A stretch of 64,000 nucleotides of DNA, taken from NCBI GenBank assembly GCA_051362555.1, contig CM120645.1:16988001-17052000 (forward strand), read 5' to 3'. Origin of the DNA: Lingula anatina. Its lineage: Eukaryota; Animalia; Brachiopoda. Below, piece after piece: positions 1-10,904 of the stretch (positions are counted from its first letter, which is position 1; every line of letters begins with the position of its first letter). The position numbers and the translations under genes are program-made. Under the pieces are notes generated by a model that was not told where the DNA came from, did not search any database, and saw only the letters and a list, made by a program, of their open reading frames with translations.

Positions 1-1640
1 GCAAACATAGTTTGACTCACTAAGGTAATTAGGAAGAAAGTAGTCAAAATTTGATCTAGAGTAATATACAGTAATAATCTTGATAACCACGTTCAAAACT
101 CCTTGTATTGTCAAAAGACACAAAACAAGAAGAGCTCCATTTTACTTAGGGAGCAAAAATGCATCAAACGCTAAAAATCCCCAAGGAAAAAAATATTCAA
201 TCTTTTTCATTACCTATGTCGATTTATCAAGAACGATGAGGTTTATGACATTTGTCTGCAACTAGAAAACGACGGATACTCAGCACGGAGAGTAAACTGA
301 AGAGAGATTAATTCTCACATATCAGTTGGCTTAAATTGTTTAGTTTGACTCCTTTGATCGTTTAAGTACGTATTTAAACCAAGATAACAATAACGCATTG
401 ACACTGATGCAACTCATTAAGCATGCTATTATTCACAAAAATGTTTTAATACCAAGATATTGGCACTCCTGACACTGTCAGGAAAACGCAATCGTCACTG
501 TGGAAAATGATAAATTTGTTAACATAACATTATCAGGTTAATAACCTCGCTGTAACAGCCCAGGGACGTTCATAGTGGCAGTTCAGAATTTTTGAAATAT
601 CAGACAACCCAATTTATTTCATGTGTTCTTATATTCCAGATATTTATAGAAACAGTACAATTACTATTTCATATGTGTTTTCTAGATGTGTTATGTGAAA
701 TTATGCAGCAATGCATGGAGGGCTTTCCCCTTATTCAGCTTGATACAAAACTTAACGTATCGTTTTAAATATACGTTTGTTCATTTATTTATTTATTTAT
801 TTATGCTTTAAAATAAATAAACCATTTTTTGTTATAAATACTTTTTGCTAATGTTAACACATAAACGTCATGAATTAACGCCGTAAAACTTATCTAATTT
901 GTCACCTGCTGCCGAACCATGTCACCTGCCAAACATCTTGACACAGTTTTGAATCGTGCGCAACCTGAAAGTAGGCTATCGATAGTGCTCGAAGTGATGG
1001 CGGACGCTAAGGTTAAGGTCTTTTTAATTTCCCCAGATTGTGTCGGGGAAGAAGAATCAAAGATTGTTTAGCCAGAGAAAAGAGTCTCAGGTATGCGCGG
1101 AGAAATTTTTCGCTAGGCATCTTTTAGAGAATTTTACAAAATATGGTCTTAAGTAACGCGAGACTCCCTACCAGTATATGCACAATATTCTAGGCTTATA
1201 TACCAACTGGCTGATGAGTGGTTAGTAATGGAAATTGCTGAAGACCTCAAGAAATATAATTGACTGATTAGCCATCTCCAAGACCCTAATTCTTTCGCCG
1301 CACACATGGCATAGTGCCGATAAGCTTTAAGAAACAGTCATTGCTGCTCGGTTCTCAGGCTGATAGTTGCTACCCAGATAACATAAATTGAAGTGACCAA
1401 TGTTATTGTTAGTCAGGTTCTTCAAGGGCTCGATTGAGAAGTTATTGAATGTACTGCATGTTTAAAAGGGAGTATTCATGCTAACACAAAGGGTTAGAAA
1501 ATTATGATCTTGCTGTCCTAGCTACCGGCATTACCAATCCATAAACTGTCTACACAAAGATTACTACTTACGTATATGTATATCAGTTGCTATATTGACT
1601 AATCTACATATAAAGTTACTTAATAATATTAATAAAATAA

Positions 1641-1695
<55 letters not shown>
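1641..1695. repeat. (ATT)n microsatellite
   Basis: About 18 ATT units seen directly. Confidence 0.95.
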
Positions 1696-1697
<2 letters not shown>

Positions 1698-2167
1698 CAC
1701 TAAGCTAAAATGGCACATATAATTATGTTGTAGGCTCCTTATACTGCAACCGATATAAATACAAATAAAAAAGTCAATGCATCCCATTGCAGGTACACCA
1801 ACAATGTTAAAGTAATTCAAGCCAGGAATCTGAAAGCATTCAAAGAGCATTAATAGCTTCTTGTTGAACTTACCGGGGGACAATTAAAACTTTTAAAACA
1901 AATTTACTGATAAATAGCCTATATAAAAATCATTATATTCACCGTCCTCTATTGAAACTCGTTAGACAGCCATCTTGACGAACTTGTGCTTTAGCTCGGG
2001 TGATTATCTTTCCCTTTTCCGGAAATATGGCTAGTGTCAGAAAGGAAATATTAAAGGTGGGTTGGTGGGGTAAAATGCCGTTTACCCCAGAAAAATTTGT
2101 AAACATGAGTTTTGGAGGGAAAATCCTGCCTTGATAGGCTTTAAAACACACAATAAAGGGCGTATCC

Positions 2168-2520
2168 TACGGGGAGGGGGGGTGACAAAAGTACTGCGCC
2201 GTGTGTATAGATAGTCGTCGCAACCAAGTGATAGGGCTTTTGGTGAAATCTGTTTGGCGGTTATTTGTCGCAAGTGATGTGGATTCTTTTATGTGCCACA
2301 TAAAAGTGGCATCGAATGTGTACATTGTCCCTCTGGCTGCCAGGAGCTCACAAATCAACAAGGTCAAGAGATTGTTTCTCAGTAAGGAGGGCGTTTAGAT
2401 CCCCCAAATGTAGTGTAGCTGCCAGATATACTGTGTACCTAGACTGTATACAAGGTTTGCAGACGGATGGAGGACACTGGCTATGTCCAAAATTTACCAC
2501 GAAGTGCCCTTTTCAGGACA
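2168..2520 (+). mobile_element. 5' fragment of a related decayed Tc1-like element
   Basis: Starts TAC..GGGGTGACAAAAGTA like the 10905 TIR. 2400-2490 resembles 11145-11230 (GCCAGATAT..TGTG...CTGTATA..GG.TTGCAGA.GGATGG..ACACTG). Confidence 0.6.
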
Positions 2521-3174
2521 AGGAAAATAAAAACTTACTGGAATATTCTTGTTTTTTTAAATGAATAGATAAAGTCCAGAAACGTTCTGACTTAAGAGGT
2601 GTTTAATTTTATGACGTCATCCAGATCCTTGCTTGCTTCCTGTGTGACTTCAGCCTTCAAGACGCTATGGAATACCCTGGCTGTGTATACCGCCGATATT
2701 GCATAAACTTACATTCAGATGAAATACCAAGTATTATATACCCTGAAATTTTAATCTAAAGAATTAAGACAAGATACCCAGTGCAAACTCTTGGAGCTGA
2801 AACTTAAATTACATTTTAGAGGCCTTAAATCGCTACATAAATGCAGCAGTGCTGTGCATAGATAAAGCGCCAATTATAAAGATTGTAAAGTGGGGTATTG
2901 AGCAGCAGCCCAGGAGAGTAACGAGGTCATATATCATTTAAATGGTCTGACGCTGTTCAAGAAAGTCATTCTATTCTGGAGGCGTGCTGCCGAGAACCTT
3001 TGCTGTTTTTAACACATATTACAATTTCATTTCCGATGGCATTTGATTTTAAGAAAAGTTATTTTGATGTTTCTACAGAAAAACAAGTGTGCACTTGAAA
3101 ACAGGAGAAAAGTAAGAGAGAAAGAGTAGATATAGACAATATTAATAAGGAAAACTCTTGGGTGACTCTTAGAA

Positions 3175-3502
3175 ATGGATTACAATTTATTAAGAGAACT
3201 ATCCCTCCTACTTGACCCCGTTGATCCCCTGGGGAACGACTGGCGAATGATGGCACACACTATGGGGTATTCTTACTCGGAAATAAGAAAACTTGAACGC
3301 GAAACGGAACCAACCAAGATGCTCGTGGCGTCTTACGCGGCAAAGACCGGGAAAACAGACACTGCTATTATGTGCGACGTCAAGAGTTTTGCTTTGGAAC
3401 TAGATCGGGCAGACGTTGTGGATTTGATAGAAAGTGCACTTGATTCGGAATATGTAAGCCAAAGACCAGCAGATGTAGCATGCGTCGTTCTACAAGAAAT
3501 AG
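3175..3502 (+). CDS. Exon 1: Death domain (MyD88/UNC5/NF-kB p105-like)
   Basis: [46 protein letters not shown]...[11 protein letters not shown] fits the death-fold pattern (DW..LA..MG....I..LE....PT..LL; R.DVV..I). Donor AG|GTAGGT at 3502/3503, phase 1. Confidence 0.85.
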
Positions 3503-6500
3503 GTAGGTTCGAAGGCTATACTAGTCAAAAATAGGTTGGTATGATGCACAACTTCAGTTACACTGTTACCTAACATGTAATGTCAAAATAAAAATAACAA
3601 CTTTATTCCAAAAAATATGTAGTTGAAGCCCGAATACTTCAAATCTCTATACATTGAGCAATCTCTGTAAATGTATGGATCACATAACAAAGAATGTCAG
3701 CTTTCCCCTGGTTTAAAATAATTCTTCAATATTAATTTTATCTCATATGACACGTTTCTAGTTCAACAAAGGTACCTTGCGTTCGTGTAAATGTCAGCCT
3801 CGACATAAAAAAATTACAACCCCCACCACTGTTTCTCTTGTGGAGATCTGTATAATTTAGTAAAAGTGTCTCGCAAATGTAAAGTATTGCTGCCGACTGC
3901 GATACTTAAAGGCCCAGTCACAAATCAGTTGCGATGCGTCGGGGATGGGTAAAACCCGGGAAATTTGAACAAACTCTTGAGACAGATCTCACGATTTTGC
4001 ACCCGTCGGAGGCGCTCTCCGGACGCCTGCGGGTTGTCGCAGATTTTTTAGACATCGCCACTCCCGTCGCGGTCCCCAACTTTGAACTTAAAATTTTAAG
4101 ATTGCTCGCAAGATTTTTCCCCCATTTTGGGCATCCCAGACACAATCTCCGATGACCTACGATGCCCTCCGATTAATCGGAGGCGTCCTCCGAATATATA
4201 TCCATATATAACCACATATACCCAGGGGGAAAAAATTACGAGAAAAGACGCTCGCAGATATCGTCTCCGATCGCCTCCGATGCAATCGGAGGCTAATCCC
4301 ATGATTTTTCGACAAAACCGGGTCAAAATCCTTGAAAAATCTCAGACAATGTGACTGCTCCACTTTTATTAGGATTATTGCTAGGATTGTTCAAGGATTC
4401 TTTATTTTCTACGACGACCCCCGGCCAAAACTAATCCCCGACAGATCGCCGACATTGTGACTGGGCCTTAAGTAAAGATAACGAGGACGTTGACTTAGGC
4501 TTAACATAGCTGCCAGCTGGAAAGCTTACACACGAAAGCTAAAAAGTTGGACTGACACCGACTAGACTGGTATATCTTTCATTGTTAAATGAACAGGAAA
4601 GTCAGTTTATGATAGTTTTATAAATGCATACCAATAGATTTTACAAGGTCATGACATAATTCATATCATATTTACTAAATCTTCTCGCTTGAAAAACGCT
4701 ACGACCTTGTAACTGCATGTATATGCCATGACCTTGACCTGCCTTTGAAAACGCTTGTAAAATTTTGGATATATATTACTTCGCAGAAATTGCTATTTCA
4801 GACATGTTCCTGTGATATCATATTGTGTTGCCAAGATATGTACTCCCCTAGCAAAAAAGATGTCACCCCTAGCGCAATGTTTAAACTAATACAGAAACGC
4901 ATGTCATTAACCAATGTTCTTAATTCAACTTCTAAACAGAATTTTTTCACAAATATTTACTGATTGTACAACCGATGAATTAGCTAACCACAGTAAAAAT
5001 AACAAAGCCACACCTTGGTATTTTATGCAGTATCCTCCGGATTGGAGGACGTGCCGTCTGTGCGTGGAGTCAAAAGGTTCTGTAACGTTTGTGCAGTGAT
5101 GGCGTTCCACACACGTTGCCAAGATAGCATGAGGTCATTTTTGTTCGCGGTGTTTTTCCCCTCATTTATCCATTTCCGAAGATATCCAACACATTCTTAA
5201 TGAGGCTCTGATCTAAGGATTGAGCTGGCCATTGGGGGTATGATGGATCTGAATCGCATATAACCTGCCTAATGTTGAATTGGCTGTAGGTAGAGTAGCA
5301 CTATCATGCTGAAACATGAATTGGTGGTCATGGTCCCCAAAGATATTCACGACAGAATTTTTTTAGTTTCTTGTAAGTACTTGGATGCAAGGGTCTGTGG
5401 TAAGGTTCCGTTGACCACTGCCTGCTCGCCTACAACATAGTAGCCATTACACCCCATGCTGTGATTTATGTGGGGTGCGTTTTGTCAAACAGAGGCAAAT
5501 AATTAGGAAGATACTCCTTACCAGCTGTTCTCCAAACCCTTACGCGCCCATATATTCTGACAACGCTTAACTTGCTTTCATCTGAGAACAGCATCATTGC
5601 CCAGTCATTGGCTTGTGTTCATGCCAGAGTTCAAGTATACCATCTGACTGGACGTAGACGGTTCATGGTAGTGATCACTGGTCTCCTAACAGAAACCCTG
5701 TCTAAAATATAAAGGAACAAAATCTTGCAAAGATAGTTCATGTTGAAAAGTAGGTCAAAGGTCAATTTGAAGGTCACAGTAAGATTGCCAGTATATGATT
5801 TTTTATTCAAGTTCAATAGTAACTATGGCCCTATCTCTGCCAGTTTTTGAAATATAAGGGACTGAAATGTTGCAAAGTTCAGTTCATAGTAAAAAGTGGC
5901 TCAAAGGTCAATTTCAAGGTCACAGTTAGATTGCAAGTATATGACTTCCTATTCAAATCCGTAGAAACTATAGGCAAAACTCTGCGAGTTTTGGAGATAT
6001 AAGGGATTAAAAATGTGCAAAGTTTAGTTCATGGTGAAAAATAGGTCAAAGGTCAATTTCAAGGTCATAGTAAGGTAGCCAGTATATGACTTCCTATTCA
6101 AGTACAATAGTAACTATGGGCATATCTCTGCTAATTTTAGATTATTTCACATTTTACTTTCACCAATGAATATTGCAACATTGTACTTTTTGATATAGCG
6201 CAACTCCTAAACCATATCGAAACAAAAAGGATCCCAACTTCAGTATTGCGCTTATCAAGTTCTATAAAATGCAAATAGCCATAGTTCTACAGCATTTATG
6301 GTTTGGAGAATTATGGAGAGTTTTCAGTTTTGCCATTAGATTTTCTAATGGCTGTGTCTCCTGTGAAAATGCACTGATTGACCCCAAACTCTTGAAAATG
6401 AAAGAAGTCCCTAATTGTAACCCCCCACTGTAATATGAGAGCTTAGGTCTGTGTAGTTTCTGAAAATTGGCAGAAACAAATATTTTTTTGCAAAAAATTC

Positions 6501-9500
6501 CCATTTTTAGAAAATTTTGGCCCATTTGACCTTGAAATAAAGGTCAAAGGTCAAATCCAAGGGCATATTTGGAATCTTCACATATGACTTTTGGTCAGAC
6601 TTCTATAGAATTTTTTCCCATAATTCCTTCAGTTTGGGAGATATTTGGCATTGAATTTTCAAAAATTTTGACAAGGGTGCATTTCAACGAATGCCACGCC
6701 CAGGCCATTGCACCATTTGAGACAAAAAAAAAAAAAAACAGGGGGTTCAAGTTGAGATTATATGTGACCTAAATCCAAGAGATGGGGACACGGGCCCTTG
6801 CGGTCTAGGAGGAGAAGCGGTAACGGTGACTTGTATCCCTCCTATGTCAACCGCTTGGGTAATAAATGTATCCTTCTTACTTAGAGCCGCGTATTGAAAA
6901 AAATAATTGAAGCATTAGACCCCATTCCCATACATTTTAGATCGATCTATCCCTGTGGGGAGTCTCACTAGATTAATGTCAGCGTGAACCCCCAGGGAGT
7001 TGGATCGATCTAAATATCTGGGAATGCACTCTTAGATTGAGTATTTCGATGATTATACTTTGTAGGTCAGTGTTCTGCTACTCACATCCTCGATTTACAC
7101 TATGTTCGGTTGCCTAGTTGTTATGTAATAGAACAATTAAAACTATGGGTACCCTTTTAGTAAAGTACACCTTGCTCAGCCAGCGTACATAATCCGGGGA
7201 GTAACTAAATATAACCTTGTCGCGCAAAGTGCAGTAAGGGTGACACCTTTTTTGGAAGGGGATATTTTATATCGCTTGGAAAACCTCAAGGAAAACCTTG
7301 TAATCTTTTATCAAAACGATATCTAATAGTGTGCACAAGAGGCCTCAAATCTGCAAGAAAACCGACGTTTTTGAACAGGCATTCCTTTATAGGCCCAATT
7401 CAGCCTTTTTTACGCAAAACCATTAGCATTATTTTTCATACCGCTGGCGATCGATCCTCGCCACATTGTCTTTGTGATTGGTAGCTCTCAGCGTGTGAAG
7501 CTAAATAATAAAAAAGGCCAACCCGGGTGAGAGAGGCGGGGTACCATTTTGTTTTGTTAATGAAGACTAGCCTCACGACCTGTCTTTGTAATATAACTTG
7601 CCTATTTTTTGCAGACACAATGAAAACGGAAGAGATGTGCCGACGTGCTATTCAAGAGTGCTGCAAATGCTTACGTCGATACCTTACAGAGGAAATAGTT
7701 CATGAAGATTCTAGTCTTCGGAAATTATTATCGATGAGAAAGATTCGTGCAAAATTCACAACTTTATTAGAAAATGATATGCTGACGCCGGCACAGTTTG
7801 CCTCATTGTACCCCGAGCACAAGGATGATTTAGACATTAAGCTTTTTGATTTTGACTTTTTATTTTTACTCATTCGGAATCTCAACCCTCCTACTAGCGT
7901 GAACTGGAGCTCGTGCCCAGGGCAAGACGAGACGGAGCCATTACATGATATTATAAGACTTCGGGAATTTTACAAGAAGGTGACAGAGATATCTCAAAGC
8001 ACTGAGAGCATGATGGCATTGGTAAAAGCAATGGAGCTTCCAATTAGAAGACTTTTTGGCGATCCGATATATATTCTTTCAGGAGAACGACAGTTTGCCC
8101 CAGAAACGACCTCTGTAAAGTCGGAAAATCCAAGAAGCAAGAAATATATCTTCACTGCTGTTCTGGCTGTAGTATTTACAACGTCAGCCGTTTCGTTTGT
8201 TGTTAGTTGGTTGTTAGTTAATCCGTGTGATCATCCAACTACAGAAGAAATTTCTGTCCATTTCAATGGTAGGTACCTTTGACCGAATACACTCCATAAA
8301 TCTTCCACACGCTACCCCTTGTATAACCGTAATATATGAAATGAAATTAGAATTATTTTGTTTTTTGTTTGGATAAACAAACACTTTTCTGTAAATTTGT
8401 TGTCAGTAATCTAATCTCTATAGAGAGACTAATGTCTAATCTAAACTCTAGAGACTAGAGACAAAACTGATTACAATTGAAAAATATGACACCCAAATAC
8501 GCTATGCCAATGCTATTACTTGTACCATTTACGAGCTAAAGTAACTAACTGAATGTCTTTTTTATATAAAGGCTCCCAAAGATACGTACATTACGTCAGT
8601 CGAAGACACTGGGGTGCAATGCTAGGCCGTGACACGCCTAACGAGTTCCTCACGCACCCCGTGAAAAATGTCATCATCATTACACGTAATCTGTACAGGT
8701 TTTGTAACACAAGCACCGAATGCTGCCAAAAAGTACAGTTATTGCAAAAAGAAGACATGTCGGAAAAATTCAGCAAGTATTTTTGTCAAATGATTTTACG
8801 CACCACGTTGATTGTGTTGTTAATGGTAACCTTTAATGGTGTGATTGTAGGAAAATAATGAAATGCAAATAGCTTTTGACTTTACTTGTCAATTTGGATT
8901 TTGGTTCTGTTCCATTTGGTTTTATTCTGGCGAAAAAAATACTAGACAAAAAAGAACACACTGTCTATAATTCTTAAGAAATTTATAGCAATCATTTGTC
9001 TCATTAAATGGTCGGCATTTATTTTGGATTTAGCCATGCCAGCACTGCCCCGACCTAACCAAATACGCGTTATTCTAAGGGGAAAAGAATGCACTGTATC
9101 TGGCAAATCATCTTGATGAATGCCACGCAAGAAGGTCGACAGAGTGATAAAAATACATTACCCTGCTTTGGGGTGTATGTGTTCGTCTTTTCTTACTTCC
9201 CTAGTCAGTGTGTACTTCCTAGAGATGAGAAGAGGGTTGGCGGGCTGGCGGTTTAAACAATAATCATCAAAGGCTGAATAAGGCGATTTAATTCTGATGT
9301 GTGTAGAGTGCAACGCGGGTAAATAAGGTGATTAGATATAGATAACTGTACTCAAATTGAACTCATATAAGTTAGCACACGTATACAATTAAAAATGTAC
9401 ACGAGGCAGTGCTTTCTTTTATTTCTCAAACAGATTACAATGACATCGCGTACAACTTTGTGGTCGGATATGATGGTGTTGTCTACGAAGGAACAGGATG

Positions 9501-10468
9501 GGACATACAAGGGGCTCACAGTTTAAGGTGAGACACTTTCGTGAACATATCAAAAGGAACGGACTTGTGCAAAACATATAATTAAGTGTAATTTCACTTA
9601 CCTCAACCAGATTTGTAATTCAAAATTTAGGAATTGGAAGTGTTAATGGCGAGCAGGTTTTTTGATCAGATTATTTTGAAATCATTATTATTCGGGAAAC
9701 TGTGGAAGACTGAGATGGCTTTTAAAGGCATACAGTGCGCGTTACACTTTTATAAAGTTTTGAAATTTCCAGTAAAATGTTAATCTTACAGTTTTATTCA
9801 GTAAAGATCAAAATCTCATTTTGTGCCTTCAGCGTTAGAGGGAGGAGTGTTAAGTAGTCTTTTGTGCCGTTTTTCATAAGTAGTTTTTGTCATAGAAAAT
9901 AAGCCGTTTGAGTAAAGCGTCATATTTTGTCTTCCTGGACATAATTTGGCATAATCTGTGTCTAGTACATTTACTCAGTGAAAATACTGTTTGATTATAT
10001 TGAAGATTGACAATTCCCAAATTTTTATCATTTTGCAATCACCATTTGAAAAAAAAACGAACCATTCATTGCCTCCAATCTGCTATTTGTTTAGAAATTA
10101 ATCGCATTTGCTCGTATTATGTCGATAAATCTACATCTAAATCTCGAATGTTACAAACCACCGCTGATTTTGTTTTGAACCTCTTTAATGAAGTCCGCAC
10201 TTTATGCTTTAGATGGAACGAAAAAAGCATAGGAGTTGCTTTTCTTGGGATGGAACAGCTCAAACCGTCTCCAATTGCACTTGAGGCAGCGCAGACTTTA
10301 CTCCATTACGGCGTACAGATTGGAAAGTTGGATAACAACTATTCTCTATATGCCCATTGCCAGGTGACAAACGCCGATAAAAGTCCCGGTGTTGAAGTCT
10401 TGCAGCATATGAGGGAATGGGATCCTCCTTTAGTAGGTCTAATAGTTATTAAAATAGCAGATATATAG
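3175..10468 (+). CDS. Spliced gene: Death domain - DZIP3-like HEPN - TM - PGRP (non-catalytic) receptor, ~510 aa, 5 coding exons
   Basis: Exons 3175-3502, 7615-8268, 8572-8772, 9434-9527 and 10213-10468 join in frame (intron phases 1,1,1,2; 1533 nt including stop). Introns are GT-AG except intron 3, which needs a GC donor. Motifs are given per exon below. Confidence 0.8.
3910..4468. mobile_element. PIF/Harbinger-like MITE in intron 1 of the PGRP gene
   Basis: TIR AGGCCCAGTCACAA...TTGTGACTGGGCCT flanked by TAA on both sides. Confidence 0.85.
5090..5690 (-). mobile_element. Decayed Tc1-like transposase relic
   Basis: The reverse strand near 5185-5235 reads QWPAQSLD...LIKNV, a degenerate WP..SPDLNPIEN.W. 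Boundaries are approximate. Confidence 0.5.
5720..6860. repeat. Interspersed repeat with ~140-bp internal subrepeats containing AGGTCAAAGGTCAATTTCAAGGTCA
   Basis: Three tandem degenerate units at ~5735-6140 plus a further AGGTCAAAGGTCA at 6541. Boundaries are approximate. Confidence 0.65.
6918..7031 (+). mobile_element. Harbinger/Tourist-like MITE family A, internally deleted copy
   Basis: GACCCCATTCCCA...TGGGAATGCACTC with TSD TTA. Shares sequence with the copies at 52800, 59519 and 61827. Confidence 0.85.
7615..8268 (+). CDS. Exon 2: DZIP3/hRUL138-like HEPN domain plus a single transmembrane helix
   Basis: [11 protein letters not shown]...[15 protein letters not shown]...W...[14 protein letters not shown] matches the HEPN_DZIP3 pattern (L...Q...L.P; FD..LL..L.RN; P...W...P...D.....DI.R.R). 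The hydrophobic stretch [25 protein letters not shown] (~8145-8219) is preceded by RSKK. Acceptor ttttttgcag at 7614, donor G|GTAGGT at 8269. Confidence 0.8.
8572..8772 (+). CDS. Exon 3: PGRP domain, N-terminal part
   Basis: YVSRRHWGA...[11 protein letters not shown]...[19 protein letters not shown] fits the PGRP pattern (IV.R..WGA; L..PV..VII; C....C...V..IQ..HM). The 3' boundary is inferred from phase (GC donor at 8773). Confidence 0.85.
9434..9527 (+). CDS. Exon 4: PGRP domain core (too short for the ORF track)
   Basis: Translates [30 protein letters not shown], the classic PGRP signature DI.YNF.VG.DG.VYEG.GW...GAH. Acceptor aaacag at 9433, donor AG|GTGAGA at 9528. Confidence 0.95.
10213..10468 (+). 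CDS. Exon 5: PGRP domain, C-terminal part to stop
   Basis: [12 protein letters not shown]...P...[30 protein letters not shown]...SPG...REW matches the PGRP C-terminal half. The phase-2 acceptor ctttag at 10212 joins exon 4. Confidence 0.92.
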
Positions 10469-10904
10469 CTGGTTTTTATACGGTAGTTTTTCTTTATTAT
10501 AACGCCATTTTTGGATTGTTTGGATTGCTAGCAGACGGGGGAAAGAGAGAGGGATTCAGATTTTGTGTTCTTTTTCATATCGTACCCTGAGTGTCAGAGC
10601 AACGTAAAAGCTAGCTTGCTAAATATACCTTGTGGTGGAGTCGCTTTTAGTAGTATTGGTATTGCTACTATGGGTTATATATGAAATCAAGATCGAGCTG
10701 GCAATACCGGAATCTAGAACCAAGGGTACATATCGAGGCCAATGGAGTATTTTTCACCGTGTGCATTTCTGCATCATAATTTAAATATATGGGATTACTT
10801 TTGATAACCTATTGTAGAAGAAACTATAAACTGTGGGTTTCACGTTTGGAGGCTATTCTACTTAAAATGGCGGTGTGACATTTTTCTTTTGAGCAAATCA
10901 ACTA

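Noticed and set aside
995-1020. ATGGCGGACGCTAAG as an upstream coding exon of the PGRP gene
   Set aside because: No good donor in a phase compatible with the acceptor before 3173, so it is unsupported.
1629-1883. Poly-Asn ORF
   Set aside because: Translation of the (ATT)n microsatellite.
3918-4363. Cluster of overlapping ORFs on both strands
   Set aside because: They lie inside a GC-rich 559-bp MITE and show no recognisable protein motifs.
5750-6555. AGGTCAAAGGTCA as functional nuclear-receptor DR1 elements
   Set aside because: They are internal subrepeats of an interspersed repeat; sequence alone gives no evidence of function.
10425-10468. Hydrophobic C-terminal tail ([12 protein letters not shown]) as a second TM, or a further splice at TTA|GTAGGT
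   Set aside because: Too short for a TM helix, and no downstream exon was identifiable before the Tc1 relic; left unresolved.
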